64,000 nt of DNA from an uncultured Ruminococcus sp. GTDB lineage: Bacteria; Bacillota; Clostridia; Oscillospirales; Acutalibacteraceae. Below, piece by piece: positions 27,861 through 37,447 of this stretch. The stretch's first letter is position 1; every line of letters starts with the position of its first letter. Under the pieces are notes generated by a model. That model was not told the origin of the DNA and did not search any database. It worked only from the letters and a program-made list of their open reading frames with translations. The stretch covers positions 11,400 through 75,399 of the forward strand of contig CACWNY010000027.1 in the NCBI GenBank assembly GCA_902762375.1. Direction: 5' to 3'. Position numbers and translations under genes: made by a program.

Positions 27861-28010
27861 GCCAATAGAAACATCTTGTAGCAATTTGTAAAAATCTCAT
27901 CTTTTTGCAAGGGATTTTTATCAATTTTTAGCACAATAATCAGTTGACCTCAACATAATCATCATTCTGATGACCGTTTTTTCTCATTTTTTCACAATTT
28001 TTTTGTTTAT

Positions 28011-28541
28011 TTATTTCTTGTTGCTGTCAAATATATCCAAAAAGACTTTTGCGGCAATATCTGCATTCTCTCCAATAACCATGAATACATACCCTTGTGA
28101 AAATTCCAGTTCATAATTCCGAATATACTCACTTTCTTTTGGACTTTCCTGAAATCCTTTCAACTTTGCGGTAATGTGTTCTGATACAGACGCTTTGATT
28201 TTCTCTTCATAATCTTCACTGCTGAGCTTGAAACAGGCAATTTCCATAGCTGACGCATTGGATTGTGCAATATATACCGACGCTTGAGTAATTCCGTCTT
28301 CAGGCACATCGAAGTGTCCTGAAATTTCACCGTTTCCAAGTTCTCTTATTCCTTTATAGCCCATTTTTTCAATTACTGTTTTGTTTATCTGTGCTACCGA
28401 AATTTCTGTCGCTGATGACCCTCCGTCTTCCCCACGACCGTTCACCCAAAAGACATATACCGAACTTAGTATGGCAGCTATCGCCACTAAGGCTATTACC
28501 ACAAAAGTAACGAATTTTTTCGTAGCAGAAGTCAATTTCAC
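28011..28541 (-). CDS. membrane-anchored protein, DUF4358-like
   Basis: N-terminal TM anchor. The ASVYIAQSNASAMEIACFKL...GYVFMVIGENA pattern resembles DUF4358. Start is either GTG 28541 or, with better RBS spacing, TTG 28535. Confidence 0.5.
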   Translation of the reverse strand: MKLTSATKKFVTFVVIALVAIAAILSSVYVFWVNGRGEDGGSSATEISVAQINKTVIEKMGYKGIRELGNGEISGHFDVPEDGITQASVYIAQSNASAMEIACFKLSSEDYEEKIKASVSEHITAKLKGFQESPKESEYIRNYELEFSQGYVFMVIGENADIAAKVFLDIFDSNKK

Positions 28542-28560
28542 ACCTCTTTTCCGTTAATTT

Positions 28561-28834
28561 TGCAGAGGTTTCACCCCTGCACCCCTGAGTTAAGGGCTTT
28601 GCCCTTAACAATCCCCACAAACTTTTTGAAAAAAGTTTGACCAAAAACTTTTAAGGCTCACTTTATTCGGAATGTTTATCTGAGTGTCAGCTATGACAAT
28701 TAAAGTTTTTTGTCCACTTTTTTTCAAAAAAGTGGTGGGGTCAAGGGGCAAAGCCCCTTGTCAGGATTTTTAAGGGCGGAAGCCCTTAAACTCCCTCCAA
28801 AAAATCTAAAATTTGCGAAAGCAAATTTTGACAT
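28561..28834. repeat. MPE locus 12, head-to-head dimer
   Basis: Left arm has a G-like GCAGAGGTTTCACCCCTGC, then D and B(CAAAC). Linker GGCTCACTTTATTCGGAATGTTTATCTGAG. Right arm is A-B(CCAC)-C-D-E. Confidence 0.9.
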
Positions 28835-28917
28835 AGATACAAATGTGACAAACTCTCTGTTACCTCAAGTCTGCCACATTTAATCATACACCTTTATCAA
28901 TAAATAATCAATAAATA

Positions 28918-30867
28918 TTACTGAATTGTCTTATTCTCAATTTCTTCCTTGAGCTTTGCTTTGAAATCCTCTACACTGAACGCTCCTAAATCGCCTGCTT
29001 TTCGTGAACGGATAGAAATTGTTCCGTTTTCGATATCTTTATCGCCTACCAGAACCATATACGGTATCTTCTCCAGTTGTGCTTCACGGATTTTGTAACC
29101 AATTTTCTCACTTCTGGTATCAACTTCACAACGAACACCCATTGCCTGTAACTCTTTCTCCACTTCTTTCAGACGGTCGATATGTCTGTCAGCGATGGGC
29201 AACAGTTTTACCTGTATCGGGGCAAGCCACAACGGAAATGCTCCTGCATATTTCTCAATCAATAATGCCAGTGTTCTTTCATAGCAACCGATTGATGTAC
29301 GGTGAATAATATACGGATTTTTCTTTGTACCGTCCTTATCAACATACTTCATGCCGAATTTTTCTGCTAACATCTGGTCAATCTGAATAGTAATCAGCGT
29401 ATCTTCTTTGCCGTATACATTCTTTATCTGAATATCCAGTTTAGGGCCATAAAATGCTGCCTCTCCTATACCGATTTCGTAATCAATTCCCAAATCATCA
29501 AGAATATTCTGCATTTTACTCTGTGCTTCGTTCCACTGTTCTTCCGTTCCGATATATTTTGCACGGTCGTTCTTATCCCACTGTGAAAATCTGTACGATA
29601 CATCTTCATACAGTCCAAGTGTCTTCAGCATGAAAATTGCCAGCTCCAAACAACCTTTGAACTCATCTTCCAACTGTTCGGGTGTACACATCAGGTGTCC
29701 TTCCGAAATCGTGAACTGTCTTAAACGGATAAGTCCGTGCATTTCTCCGCTTGCCTCGTTACGGAATAATGTTGATGTTTCATTATAGCGTAACGGCAAA
29801 TCACGATAAGAACGCTCTCTGTTAAGATATGCCTGATACTGGAAAGGACAAGTCATCGGTCTTAATGCGAAAACTTCCTTGTCTTTCGTTTCGTCACCAA
29901 GCACGAACATACCGTCCTGATAATGGTCCCAGTGTCCCGAAATCTTATACAGGTCACTCTTTGCCATAAATGGTGTCTTTGTCAGTAACCAGCCTCTCTT
30001 CTGTTCCTCGTCCTCCACAAAACGCTGTAACAACTGTACCACTCTTGCTCCTTTCGGTAACAGAATTGCCAGTCCCTGACCGATAATGTCCACTGTCGTG
30101 AACAGTTCCAGTTGTCTGCCCAATTTATTGTGGTCACGCATTAAGGCTTCTTCTCTTTGCTTGAGGTATTCTTCCAGTGCGGACGCTTTCGGGAATGCTG
30201 TTCCATATACACGGCATAACTGTTTATTGTTGCTGTCCCCTCTCCAGTAAGCACCCGTGCAATTCAACAGTTTGAATGCTTTGACTACTCCTGTCGACAT
30301 CAGATGAGGTCCTGCACATAAATCCGTAAAATCGTCCTGTCTGTAAAAACTGATGGGTTCTCCTTTAGAGGCGTGTTCCTGTGCCAGTTCTACTTTGTAA
30401 GGTTCGCCCATTTCGGAAAGCATTTTTATTGCCTCGTCAGGGGATAATTCAAATTTTTCCACCGCAATGTTGCTTTTGACAATCGCTTTCATTTCCTTTT
30501 CGATGTTTTCCAAATCACTTGCCGAAAATGGTTTTTCTACTTCAAAATCATAATAGAAACCGTTGTCAATCGCAGGTCCTATGGCAAGTTTTGCGTTGGG
30601 GTACAGTCTTTTGACCGCCTGTGCCAGAATGTGTGACGCTGTATGCCAGAATGTTTTTTTACCGTCTTTATCGTCAAAATTAAGGATTTCTACTTCACAT
30701 TCACTGTCGGCATTAAGCACCGTTCTTAAATCCACAACTGCACCATCTACCTTGCCGACACACGCATTTTTATAAATTCCTCCACCAAGCGATTTCGCTA
30801 CTTCTCCGACAGTTACTCCATTGTCATACTCTCTTACACTGCCGTTTTTCAATCTGACTTTTACCAT
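28918..30867 (-). CDS. thrS: threonine--tRNA ligase
   Basis: 649 aa with TGS, editing, class II core and anticodon-binding regions (FWHTASHILAQA, RDHNKLG, FRNEASGEMHGLIRLRQFT). Preceded by a Thr T-box leader. Confidence 0.95.
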   Translation of the reverse strand: MVKVRLKNGSVREYDNGVTVGEVAKSLGGGIYKNACVGKVDGAVVDLRTVLNADSECEVEILNFDDKDGKKTFWHTASHILAQAVKRLYPNAKLAIGPAIDNGFYYDFEVEKPFSASDLENIEKEMKAIVKSNIAVEKFELSPDEAIKMLSEMGEPYKVELAQEHASKGEPISFYRQDDFTDLCAGPHLMSTGVVKAFKLLNCTGAYWRGDSNNKQLCRVYGTAFPKASALEEYLKQREEALMRDHNKLGRQLELFTTVDIIGQGLAILLPKGARVVQLLQRFVEDEEQKRGWLLTKTPFMAKSDLYKISGHWDHYQDGMFVLGDETKDKEVFALRPMTCPFQYQAYLNRERSYRDLPLRYNETSTLFRNEASGEMHGLIRLRQFTISEGHLMCTPEQLEDEFKGCLELAIFMLKTLGLYEDVSYRFSQWDKNDRAKYIGTEEQWNEAQSKMQNILDDLGIDYEIGIGEAAFYGPKLDIQIKNVYGKEDTLITIQIDQMLAEKFGMKYVDKDGTKKNPYIIHRTSIGCYERTLALLIEKYAGAFPLWLAPIQVKLLPIADRHIDRLKEVEKELQAMGVRCEVDTRSEKIGYKIREAQLEKIPYMVLVGDKDIENGTISIRSRKAGDLGAFSVEDFKAKLKEEIENKTIQ

Positions 30868-30911
30868 AATTTTTTACCTGTCCTTTCAAAAATTATTCGT
30901 ATGGTTCTCAT

Positions 30912-31002
30912 AACTAAAGTTTAGGTCAAGCCTTTTTAAAGGCTTGTAGGGGTCAAGGGGACAAAGTCCCCTTGTGGGATTGTTAAGGGCAATGCCCTTA
31001 AC
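30912..31002 (+). repeat. MPE locus 13, partial A-B-C-D inside the thrS 5' UTR
   Basis: GGTCAAGCCTTTTTAAAGGCTTG, CAAGGGGACAAAGTCCCCTTG, TTAAGGGCAATGCCCTTAA. Sits between the T-box terminator and the thrS start. Confidence 0.88.
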
Positions 31003-31210
31003 CTAAAAAAGTCCTGTCCCACACAACATGGGACAAGACTTTAACTATCTCGTGATTCCACCCAATTTCAGTATGTAAACCATACCCTCATTGACACATA
31101 TAACGGTGTTCACCGTTACACCTTTTTCGGTGTACAGCTCAAAGGCGGTAAATTATAGCCGATAATGATATCACTTTCAGCTTTTCGTGATACTCTCTGT
31201 CAAAATCATT
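31003..31210 (-). promoter_or_regulatory. T-box leader (Thr specifier) of thrS
   Basis: On the minus strand: AGAGAG stem I base, candidate specifier ACC (31149..31147), T-box AAATTGGGTGGAATCACG (31068..31051), and terminator GTCTTGTCCCA-loop-TGGGACAGGAC+TTTTTT (31041..31003). Confidence 0.8.
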
Positions 31211-31257
31211 TCTATAATTCGTGTCCTTATCTTCGCTTTTGGTTATTCGTTTTCTCT

Positions 31258-31286
31258 ATCATAACACTTACAGGGCAATTAGTCAA
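31258..31286 (-). promoter_or_regulatory. sigma-A-type promoter for the thrS leader
   Basis: Minus strand TTGACT, 17 nt, TATGAT. Confidence 0.55.
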
Positions 31287-31298
31287 GTGCTTTTTTTA

Positions 31299-31439
31299 TC
31301 AAAATTTGCTTTCGCAAATTTTGTTTTGTATTTTGGGAGTTTAAGGGCTTCGCCCTTAAAAATCCTGCTAAGGGGCTGCCGCCCCTTAACCCCGCCCACT
31401 TTTTTGAAAAAAAGTGGACAAAAAACTTTTAATTGTCAC
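31299..31439 (-). repeat. MPE locus 14, E-D-C-B-A
   Basis: C is the CTAAGGGGCTGCCGCCCCTTAA variant and B is CCAC/GTGG. Lies 13 nt upstream of the thrS promoter -35. Confidence 0.9.
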
Positions 31440-31460
31440 CGCCTAATGATTGCGTAACAA

Positions 31461-32615
31461 TCAATCGTCTTCCAGACTGATTTCATCAATCAGTTTGTCG
31501 ATATCTTCCAGACTTTTTTCAATTTCGCCATCCGCAGATGGAGAGTTTATCTCTCTGTTAAAATATTCTTCTGACCACGGACTGTAATTTTCAGGATTTT
31601 GTGCTTCTTTTTCCATGTTTTCAATCACACTGTCCACTTCATCAAGGTCTTTATTCACATCATCTTCCACATCACTGACATCAATCGTATGGATTTCCGT
31701 ATCTGACAGCTTGTCCTGTGAAACTTCATCTTTATATTCCGTTTTTTCTTCAATCTGCAAACTGCCCTTGCCTATATAATGGTCATCTGTTTTCATTTCA
31801 GTGTCAACGCTTTTGGCATGAACTGTCATTTCTATCATCATACAAAGAATATATAAACCTATCAGCATAAAGGTTACTGTATCCAGTGAACCCAGAATAT
31901 CATACATTCCCGAATTGTCATACTGTTTGAGAGCATCTGCAACGGTATATACTGTTACTGTGACAAAACCAGGCATACCGTAAAGCAATGTTCCTTTTAC
32001 GGTATTCTTGAAAGCTACTCCCTGATACATCATCGAAAGGTGAAGTAATGCCAGTGTCAGAAAAGCCATATAGAACAGATTTGTCATATCGTATTCATGG
32101 ATAGAGTGTTTGGTGTAGCTGATAAAAGTTGTCACCAGTTGTATACAAGCCCATATTGCGGTCAATGATGAAAATATACCTGTTTTCCTGACCAGATTTT
32201 TTCCTGAAAACGACGATATTCCCATAAGTAACAGAATAACTCCACCCAATATTCCGAATATCGCATTAATCATCAGGACAACGGGAGTGTTACCTGTCGC
32301 ATTCGCTGAAAATAATGCTCCTGCCTGCATACCTGCATTGAAAATCAGTGTCCCTGCGGAAAGTATACCGAGTACTCCTGCCAGTAAATTGCTTTTTGGC
32401 TGATAATACTGCGATGTTTTCTTGTCGGCAACGCAAAGTATCAGCAAAACAATATATAACAATGCCACCAGTCCTGCATAGACAAGCCATATCCTGCCAC
32501 TGTTGAGAAAATTTTTGTCAATTCCTTTGTCGACAAACAATAGCTGATATACCCTCAGCACTACCGAAACTATTGCTACCGGGATAAAAAAAATCCATGA
32601 GTATTTCATTCTCAT
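31461..32615 (-). CDS. hypothetical polytopic membrane protein with acidic C-terminal tail
   Basis: About 8 hydrophobic helices followed by a D/E-rich ~100-aa tail. No family recognised. Confidence 0.55.
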   Translation of the reverse strand: MRMKYSWIFFIPVAIVSVVLRVYQLLFVDKGIDKNFLNSGRIWLVYAGLVALLYIVLLILCVADKKTSQYYQPKSNLLAGVLGILSAGTLIFNAGMQAGALFSANATGNTPVVLMINAIFGILGGVILLLMGISSFSGKNLVRKTGIFSSLTAIWACIQLVTTFISYTKHSIHEYDMTNLFYMAFLTLALLHLSMMYQGVAFKNTVKGTLLYGMPGFVTVTVYTVADALKQYDNSGMYDILGSLDTVTFMLIGLYILCMMIEMTVHAKSVDTEMKTDDHYIGKGSLQIEEKTEYKDEVSQDKLSDTEIHTIDVSDVEDDVNKDLDEVDSVIENMEKEAQNPENYSPWSEEYFNREINSPSADGEIEKSLEDIDKLIDEISLEDD

Positions 32616-32747
32616 ACTAACACCTCGTTATTGATTTATTGGTCAATTTTATTCATAACCTGTCCCTAAGGCTAATAAATATTGGTATACAATCATTTTA
32701 TTCTAATATCTTTGAGATGTCAATACAAAAATTACCGTATTTACCGT

Positions 32748-33779
32748 ATGTTCAAAAAGAAAGGATTTTTGATGATGAAAAAAAACTTAATTTCTATTGG
32801 TCTGCTGATTGTGGCAATCGCTGTCATTCCTTTGCTGGCACTGATGGTCAGTCCTGCAAAATCTCCCGACACTACCGTAAAACCTGCCATTTCCGAAATT
32901 TCTCCCACAACATCACCCACTCTTTCAGAAACAAATACAACAGACAGTTTCAGAATTTTTGATAAGGCACTGCAAGAAGTAATTACTGTAAATGATTTTG
33001 ATTTCTGCATAGGGGCAATCGCTACCGAAACAGATACGGATATCCCCAAAGAAGCACTCAAGGCGGAAATTGTTGCCGTGCATACTTATTATGCCTATCT
33101 GCGTCAGCAAAGCCGTCAGCAAAATAAGGATTTCGACTTTGAATGTGACAGCAAAACCTGGAAAGTGTATGTCAGCAAAAACCAGCTCAAGGAAAAACTC
33201 CGTGATACCTTTGAGGACTACTATAACACTTTAGAAAGTGCTGTACAGGAAGTCAGTAATTTCCTGATTTTCTATGATGGCAAACTCTGTATGACACCTT
33301 ATTTTGATATTTCAGTCGGAAATACTTTCAGCTACAGCGAAATTTATAACGAAACTATTCCTTATCTTCGCAGTGTCCCCTCCCCTTTCGACACGCTCGC
33401 CAACAATTATACCACTCAACTTACCCTTTCTTTTAACGAACTCGATAAAATAATGTCAGAAAAATTTTCAGACTATCAATCTGCTGAAAATCATTCTGAC
33501 AACCTCAAAAATATTTCTGAAAGCGAAAATGGTGCCGTTCTGAAAATGACTGTCGGTAATCATACTTTAAGCGGAAAGGATTTTGCGGATATCGTTCATC
33601 TTAGAAGTAATGCTTTTACTGTGGATTTTCAAAATAATCAATATCTCTTCACCGTGTACGGCTATGGAGAGAATATCGGTCTGAGTAAATTCGGAGCTTG
33701 TAAACTTGCTGAACAAGGATACGATTTTCAGGCTATTCTGCATTACTATTATACAGATATTACGCTTTCTGAAAACTGA
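32748..33779 (+). CDS. SpoIID/LytB-domain protein (stage II sporulation protein D-like)
   Basis: EALKAEIVAVHTYYAY and C-terminal GLSKFGACKLAEQGYDFQAILHYYYTDITL resemble SpoIID. The start could be 32748 or 32772; the ORF track gives 32682. Confidence 0.7.
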   Translation: MFKKKGFLMMKKNLISIGLLIVAIAVIPLLALMVSPAKSPDTTVKPAISEISPTTSPTLSETNTTDSFRIFDKALQEVITVNDFDFCIGAIATETDTDIPKEALKAEIVAVHTYYAYLRQQSRQQNKDFDFECDSKTWKVYVSKNQLKEKLRDTFEDYYNTLESAVQEVSNFLIFYDGKLCMTPYFDISVGNTFSYSEIYNETIPYLRSVPSPFDTLANNYTTQLTLSFNELDKIMSEKFSDYQSAENHSDNLKNISESENGAVLKMTVGNHTLSGKDFADIVHLRSNAFTVDFQNNQYLFTVYGYGENIGLSKFGACKLAEQGYDFQAILHYYYTDITLSEN

Positions 33780-33804
33780 ACACCAAAAACTTTGCCTGCC
33801 GTCA

Positions 33805-33950
33805 AGCTATGAAAATTAAAAGTTTTGTCCACTTTTTCAAAAGTGGTGGGGTCAAGGGGCAAAGCCCCTTGTGGGATTTTAAAGGGCGAAGCCCTTTAAT
33901 GGATAAAAACTCAAAACAAAATCTGCGTAAGCAGATTTTGACAATCATTT
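33805..33950 (+). repeat. MPE locus 15, A-B-C-D-E
   Basis: AGCTATGAAAATTAAAAGTTTTGTCCAC.., with E as CAAAATCTGCGTAAGCAGATTTTG. Lies between the convergent spoIID-like and queF genes. Confidence 0.9.
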
Positions 33951-33956
33951 AACGCT

Positions 33957-34451
33957 TTAACGATTGTTGACCGTTTCAGGATTCATATCGTGATGGGAAA
34001 GTCTGTCCCATGCCAGTTTTTCCCATTTGGTATCAGGCTTGCCGTAATTACAGTAGGGGTCGATGGAAAGTCCGCCTCGTGGCAAAAATTTTCCCCATAC
34101 TTCAATATATTTCGGTTGCATAAGTTTAATCAAATCTTTCATGATAATATTCACACAGTCTTCATGAAAATCTCCGTGATTGCGGAAACTGAACAGGTAT
34201 AATTTCAGTGATTTGCTTTCTACCATAAGTTTATCAGGAATGTAGGAAATGTAAATGGTAGCAAAATCAGGCTGACCCGTAATCGGACAAAGACTGGTAA
34301 ATTCGGGACAGTTGAATTTGACAAAATAATCATTTTCGGTATGTTTATTCGGGAAAGTTTCCAGAATTTGCGGGGAATAATCTGTACTGTAACGAACATT
34401 ACGGTTACCCAAAAGTGAAATATTTCCCATTTCGTTTTCATTTCTCATCAT
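33957..34451 (-). CDS. queF: NADPH-dependent 7-cyano-7-deazaguanine (preQ0) reductase
   Basis: [27 protein letters not shown]...[20 protein letters not shown]. Confidence 0.92.
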   Translation of the reverse strand: MMRNENEMGNISLLGNRNVRYSTDYSPQILETFPNKHTENDYFVKFNCPEFTSLCPITGQPDFATIYISYIPDKLMVESKSLKLYLFSFRNHGDFHEDCVNIIMKDLIKLMQPKYIEVWGKFLPRGGLSIDPYCNYGKPDTKWEKLAWDRLSHHDMNPETVNNR

Positions 34452-35142
34452 TCTGTCCCCCTTTCATCAGTGGGTCGGTAAGACCGTTTTTCTTGAAAGC
34501 GTCTATCCTGTCACGACAAGTACCGCACAAACCACACGGCTTGTCGTTGCCCTCATAACAACTCCATGTCAGTTCATAGGGAACATTTAAAGCTATTCCT
34601 GTTTTAATGACATCTGCCTTTTTCATTCCCACAAAAGGAGCTATCACACTTAACTGCTTACCACTTCCCAGAAAAATAGCTGTGTTGATAGCTTCGTTAA
34701 ATTCTTGACTGCAATCGGGATAGGCATTGCCTGCACTGTCGTCACTATGTATCCCATAATAAATAACATCGCAATCATTCGCCAGTGCCACACTTGCACT
34801 GACAGATAAAAAAAGTCCGTTACGAAACGGTACATAGGTCGAAACAGGCATACCATCAGTAGATTTCAGTTGTTCGGCATAGCTTTCTTTGGGAATTTCT
34901 TTTTCAGAACTTGTCAGCAGTGAACAGTCAGAATTTTCAAATATCTTGCTGACATCAATTTCTATATGTTGCACACGGTAATATTCGGTAATCTTTTTTG
35001 CCGAAAGCAATTCTCTGAAATGTTTCTGTCCGTAGCTTACCGACAAGGCAATCACATTTTCGCTACCGTATTTTTCTACTGCCAGTGCCAGACAAGTTGT
35101 GCTGTCTGTACCACCACTGAACAACACCAATGCTTTACTCAT
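34438..35142 (-). CDS. queC: 7-cyano-7-deazaguanine synthase
   Basis: [16 protein letters not shown] and C-terminal [10 protein letters not shown]. Confidence 0.92.
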   Translation of the reverse strand: MSKALVLFSGGTDSTTCLALAVEKYGSENVIALSVSYGQKHFRELLSAKKITEYYRVQHIEIDVSKIFENSDCSLLTSSEKEIPKESYAEQLKSTDGMPVSTYVPFRNGLFLSVSASVALANDCDVIYYGIHSDDSAGNAYPDCSQEFNEAINTAIFLGSGKQLSVIAPFVGMKKADVIKTGIALNVPYELTWSCYEGNDKPCGLCGTCRDRIDAFKKNGLTDPLMKGGQNDEK

Positions 35143-35168
35143 AATCTTACATACTCCTTAGTTATTTA

Positions 35169-35364
35169 GTCGGGGACGCTGTCCCCGAACCCCTGTTTAA
35201 GGGCTACCGCCCTTAAAAATCCTGTCCACTTTTTTGAAAAAAAGTGGACAATAAACAATCCGAACGAAGTGAGCCAGAAAAGTTTTTGTCAAACTTTTTT
35301 CAAAAAGTTTGTGGGGTTCAGGGGCAACGCCCCTGATGAAATTGTTAAGGGCAAAGCCCTTAAC
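35169..35364. repeat. MPE locus 16, dimer inside the que operon (between folE and queC)
   Basis: Left arm is G TCGGGGACGCTGTCCCCGA, D and B(CCAC). The linker is in inverted orientation (ATCCGAACGAAGTGAGCC). Right arm is A-B(CAAAC)-C-D. Confidence 0.9.
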
Positions 35365-35384
35365 AGAAACAATACCTTTTAATT

Positions 35385-35948
35385 TCAGTCGAATTTCAGA
35401 AGGTCTTTGAGTTCGGAATCAGTCCTGAATTTTCCACGATAGGTGGTCGTAATGGTTTTTGACGATGAGTTTCTGATACCTCTTGCGGTCATACAACTAT
35501 GACAACCGCTTATCGCTACACCTATATCTTCACTTCCGCTGGCTTCGGCAACAATTTCGGCAATATCTTCACCTAGCTTTTCCTGTAACTGCAAGCGTTT
35601 TCCCGCCATATCACACATTCTGGCAATCTTACTCAACCCTAAAACTTTTCCATTAGGAATATACGCAACATTCACTCTCATATCATACATCAATGCCATA
35701 TGATGTTCACAATAACTGAAAACTGTGATATCTTTCATAACGATAGCATTTTCACTTTCAGAATGGTAATCAAAAGTCTTTCCGAACATTTCCGCAATTT
35801 CATGGTTGCTATAGGCGATACCCTCCAGCATTTCTTCCAGCATTTCGGCAACTCTCTGCGGTGTTTCACGCAATCCCTCACGATTAGGGTCTTCACCTAT
35901 TGCCTCTAAAATACCGACAATGTGTTTTTCTATTGCTTGTTTATCCAT
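35385..35948 (-). CDS. folE: GTP cyclohydrolase I
   Basis: DPNREGLRETPQRVA...FSYCEHHM...LQLQEKL. Start set to ATG 35948 after AAGAGGTG; the longer track ORF overlaps queE. Confidence 0.9.
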   Translation of the reverse strand: MDKQAIEKHIVGILEAIGEDPNREGLRETPQRVAEMLEEMLEGIAYSNHEIAEMFGKTFDYHSESENAIVMKDITVFSYCEHHMALMYDMRVNVAYIPNGKVLGLSKIARMCDMAGKRLQLQEKLGEDIAEIVAEASGSEDIGVAISGCHSCMTARGIRNSSSKTITTTYRGKFRTDSELKDLLKFD

Positions 35949-35952
35949 AAAG

Positions 35953-36618
35953 TTAAACACCTCTTTCGTTGGGATTCCAGATAAATTTATGTAACTGTAA
36001 TTGTAGTCTGACTTTGTTGAGATGATTTTGTAGCATAAAGCTGACGATTTCCTGTGGATTGATTTTTCCGAAAACAGGACTAAGATAGACATGACATTTT
36101 TCTGTAAGTGAATACTGTCGGATAATTTTCAAGGCTGTTTGTAGGTCTTTTTCACTGCCGACAACAAATTTTACTGTATCGTCTTTTTGCAATAACGCAA
36201 AATTATCCATACACATCTTATCTTCCATACCGCTTGACAGAGATTTATAATCCATCGTGAATAAAGGACGATATGGTAAAACAGAAAATTCATCAAGCGG
36301 AATACTGCCGTTAGTTTCTATTTCGACACTAAGTCCTTTTTCGCCAAGTAAATTAATCAGTTCGGCAATATCATTTTGCAACAATGGTTCACCGCCTGTA
36401 AGTGTGACATTCTCTATATTCTGAGCGATAATCCAATGGGCAAGTTCATCAGGAGTGTAGAGTGTAAACGGAACATCGGGCATATTCGCCCATTGTGTGT
36501 CGCAGTAGGAACAGTGAAGATTACAGCCTTTAAAACGAACAAACACCGCCACTGTGCCTGCCCGACTGCCCTCACCATTAATACTGACGAATTTTTCCAC
36601 AACATTCAGCATAAACAA
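35953..36618 (-). CDS. queE: 7-carboxy-7-deazaguanine synthase (radical SAM)
   Basis: FVSINGEGSRAGTVAVFVRFKGCNLHCSYCDT. Confidence 0.9.
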   Translation of the reverse strand: MFMLNVVEKFVSINGEGSRAGTVAVFVRFKGCNLHCSYCDTQWANMPDVPFTLYTPDELAHWIIAQNIENVTLTGGEPLLQNDIAELINLLGEKGLSVEIETNGSIPLDEFSVLPYRPLFTMDYKSLSSGMEDKMCMDNFALLQKDDTVKFVVGSEKDLQTALKIIRQYSLTEKCHVYLSPVFGKINPQEIVSFMLQNHLNKVRLQLQLHKFIWNPNERGV

Positions 36619-37037
36619 TCCTCCTCATAGCAGGCACAGTTGTTCGGTGTTTCGTATACGGTAACTTTAGAAACAGGTAATCCCTTGTTCTTGAGCATAG
36701 TAAAAAAGTGTCTGGCAAAGTTTTCCGCAGTGGGACGGAAAGAAACTTCTGTAAGAGAAAAGTTTTCCTCTTGTAAAGCAAGCAAAGTTGTCGGTTTAAG
36801 GGAATTTTTTTCGTAAATTAAAGTATGGTCAAAACTGTCGGCAATGTCTTTCAGAACAGTTTTGAAGTCGCCGAAATCAATTATCATTCCGTTTTCAGGT
36901 GTGTTTTCCTGCAAGGTCAAAGAACGGATTTCTGCCTCAATCACCCAGCGGTGACCGTGAATATTAGCACATTTTCCGTTGTAATTTTTCAGAAAATGCG
37001 AACTGTCAAAATGAGCCGAAGTTTTTAATGTATACAT
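36606..37037 (-). CDS. queD: 6-carboxy-5,6,7,8-tetrahydropterin synthase
   Basis: SAHFDSSHFLKNYNGKCANIHGHRW. Confidence 0.9.
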   Translation of the reverse strand: MYTLKTSAHFDSSHFLKNYNGKCANIHGHRWVIEAEIRSLTLQENTPENGMIIDFGDFKTVLKDIADSFDHTLIYEKNSLKPTTLLALQEENFSLTEVSFRPTAENFARHFFTMLKNKGLPVSKVTVYETPNNCACYEEDCLC

Positions 37038-37044
37038 GAAGTCA

Positions 37045-37172
37045 CCTCAAAAAATAAGCGTCTGCCACTAAGCAGACGCACCGTTTTTGGACACACTAAC
37101 AAAAAGCACAGTTTTATTATGTGCTTTCTGCCCTAGTTTTGTTTAAAGACAGGATGGTGCAAACGAACTGTC
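37045..37172 (-). promoter_or_regulatory. preQ1-I riboswitch with terminator hairpins upstream of queD
   Basis: Minus strand 37172..37131 reads GACAG-UUCGUUUGCACCAUC-CUGUC-UUUAAACAAAACUAGGG. This fits the preQ1-I shape (5-bp P1, loop starting UUC, A-rich tail ending AAAACUAGG). It is followed by AGCACA..UGUGCUUUUU and GCGUCUGC..GCAGACGC+U-tract. Confidence 0.62.
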
Positions 37173-37233
37173 TTATTACCATTTCTGTCAATTATAACAT
37201 TTTGAAAGAATTTGTCAATATTATGGCAAAAAA

Positions 37234-37447
37234 TTTCTACCTGAGCGGTTGAAAATCAGGTAATGATGGTCAAAATCTGCTTACGCAGATTTTGTTTTGA
37301 ATTTTTATCCATTAAAGGGCTTCGCCCTTTAAAATCCTGACAAGGGGACTTTGTCCCCTTGACCCCTACCACTTTTGAAAAAGTGGACAAAACTTTTAAT
37401 TGTCATAGCTAGAGGTTGTTTTTCATCATTACGGATTTCTGAAATAT
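37234..37447 (-). repeat. MPE locus 17, monomer T-E-D-C-B-A plus long A-side extension
   Basis: Starts with TTTCTACCTGAGCGGTTGAAA. The extension GCTAGAGGTTGTTTTTCATCATTACGGATTTCTGAAATATT parallels locus 20 and runs up to the hydrolase stop codon. Confidence 0.88.

Noticed and set aside
32748-33779. Whether the SpoIID-like protein is catalytically degenerate (GENIGLSKFGA where I expected a GHGVGMSQ-like motif).
   Set aside because: My recollection of the catalytic residues is not precise enough to make this claim without an alignment.
35385-36092. The long (235-aa) form of folE, and the long forms of rplJ (238 aa), rplA (245 aa), gdhA (465 aa), the HMGL-like gene (366 aa), the HTH gene (205 aa) and the kinase gene (388 aa).
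   Set aside because: The N-terminal extensions overlap upstream genes or leaders, lack homology to the families and lack an RBS. Internal starts with strong Shine-Dalgarno sequences fit the expected protein lengths.
37229-37260. Whether the TTGACA or TTGACC strings created at element ends (for example ...CAAATTTTGACAGTAAC, GGCTTGACCGAAAC) are outward-facing promoters.
   Set aside because: No convincing -10 hexamer sits at 16-18 nt spacing in most copies. This cannot be supported from sequence alone.
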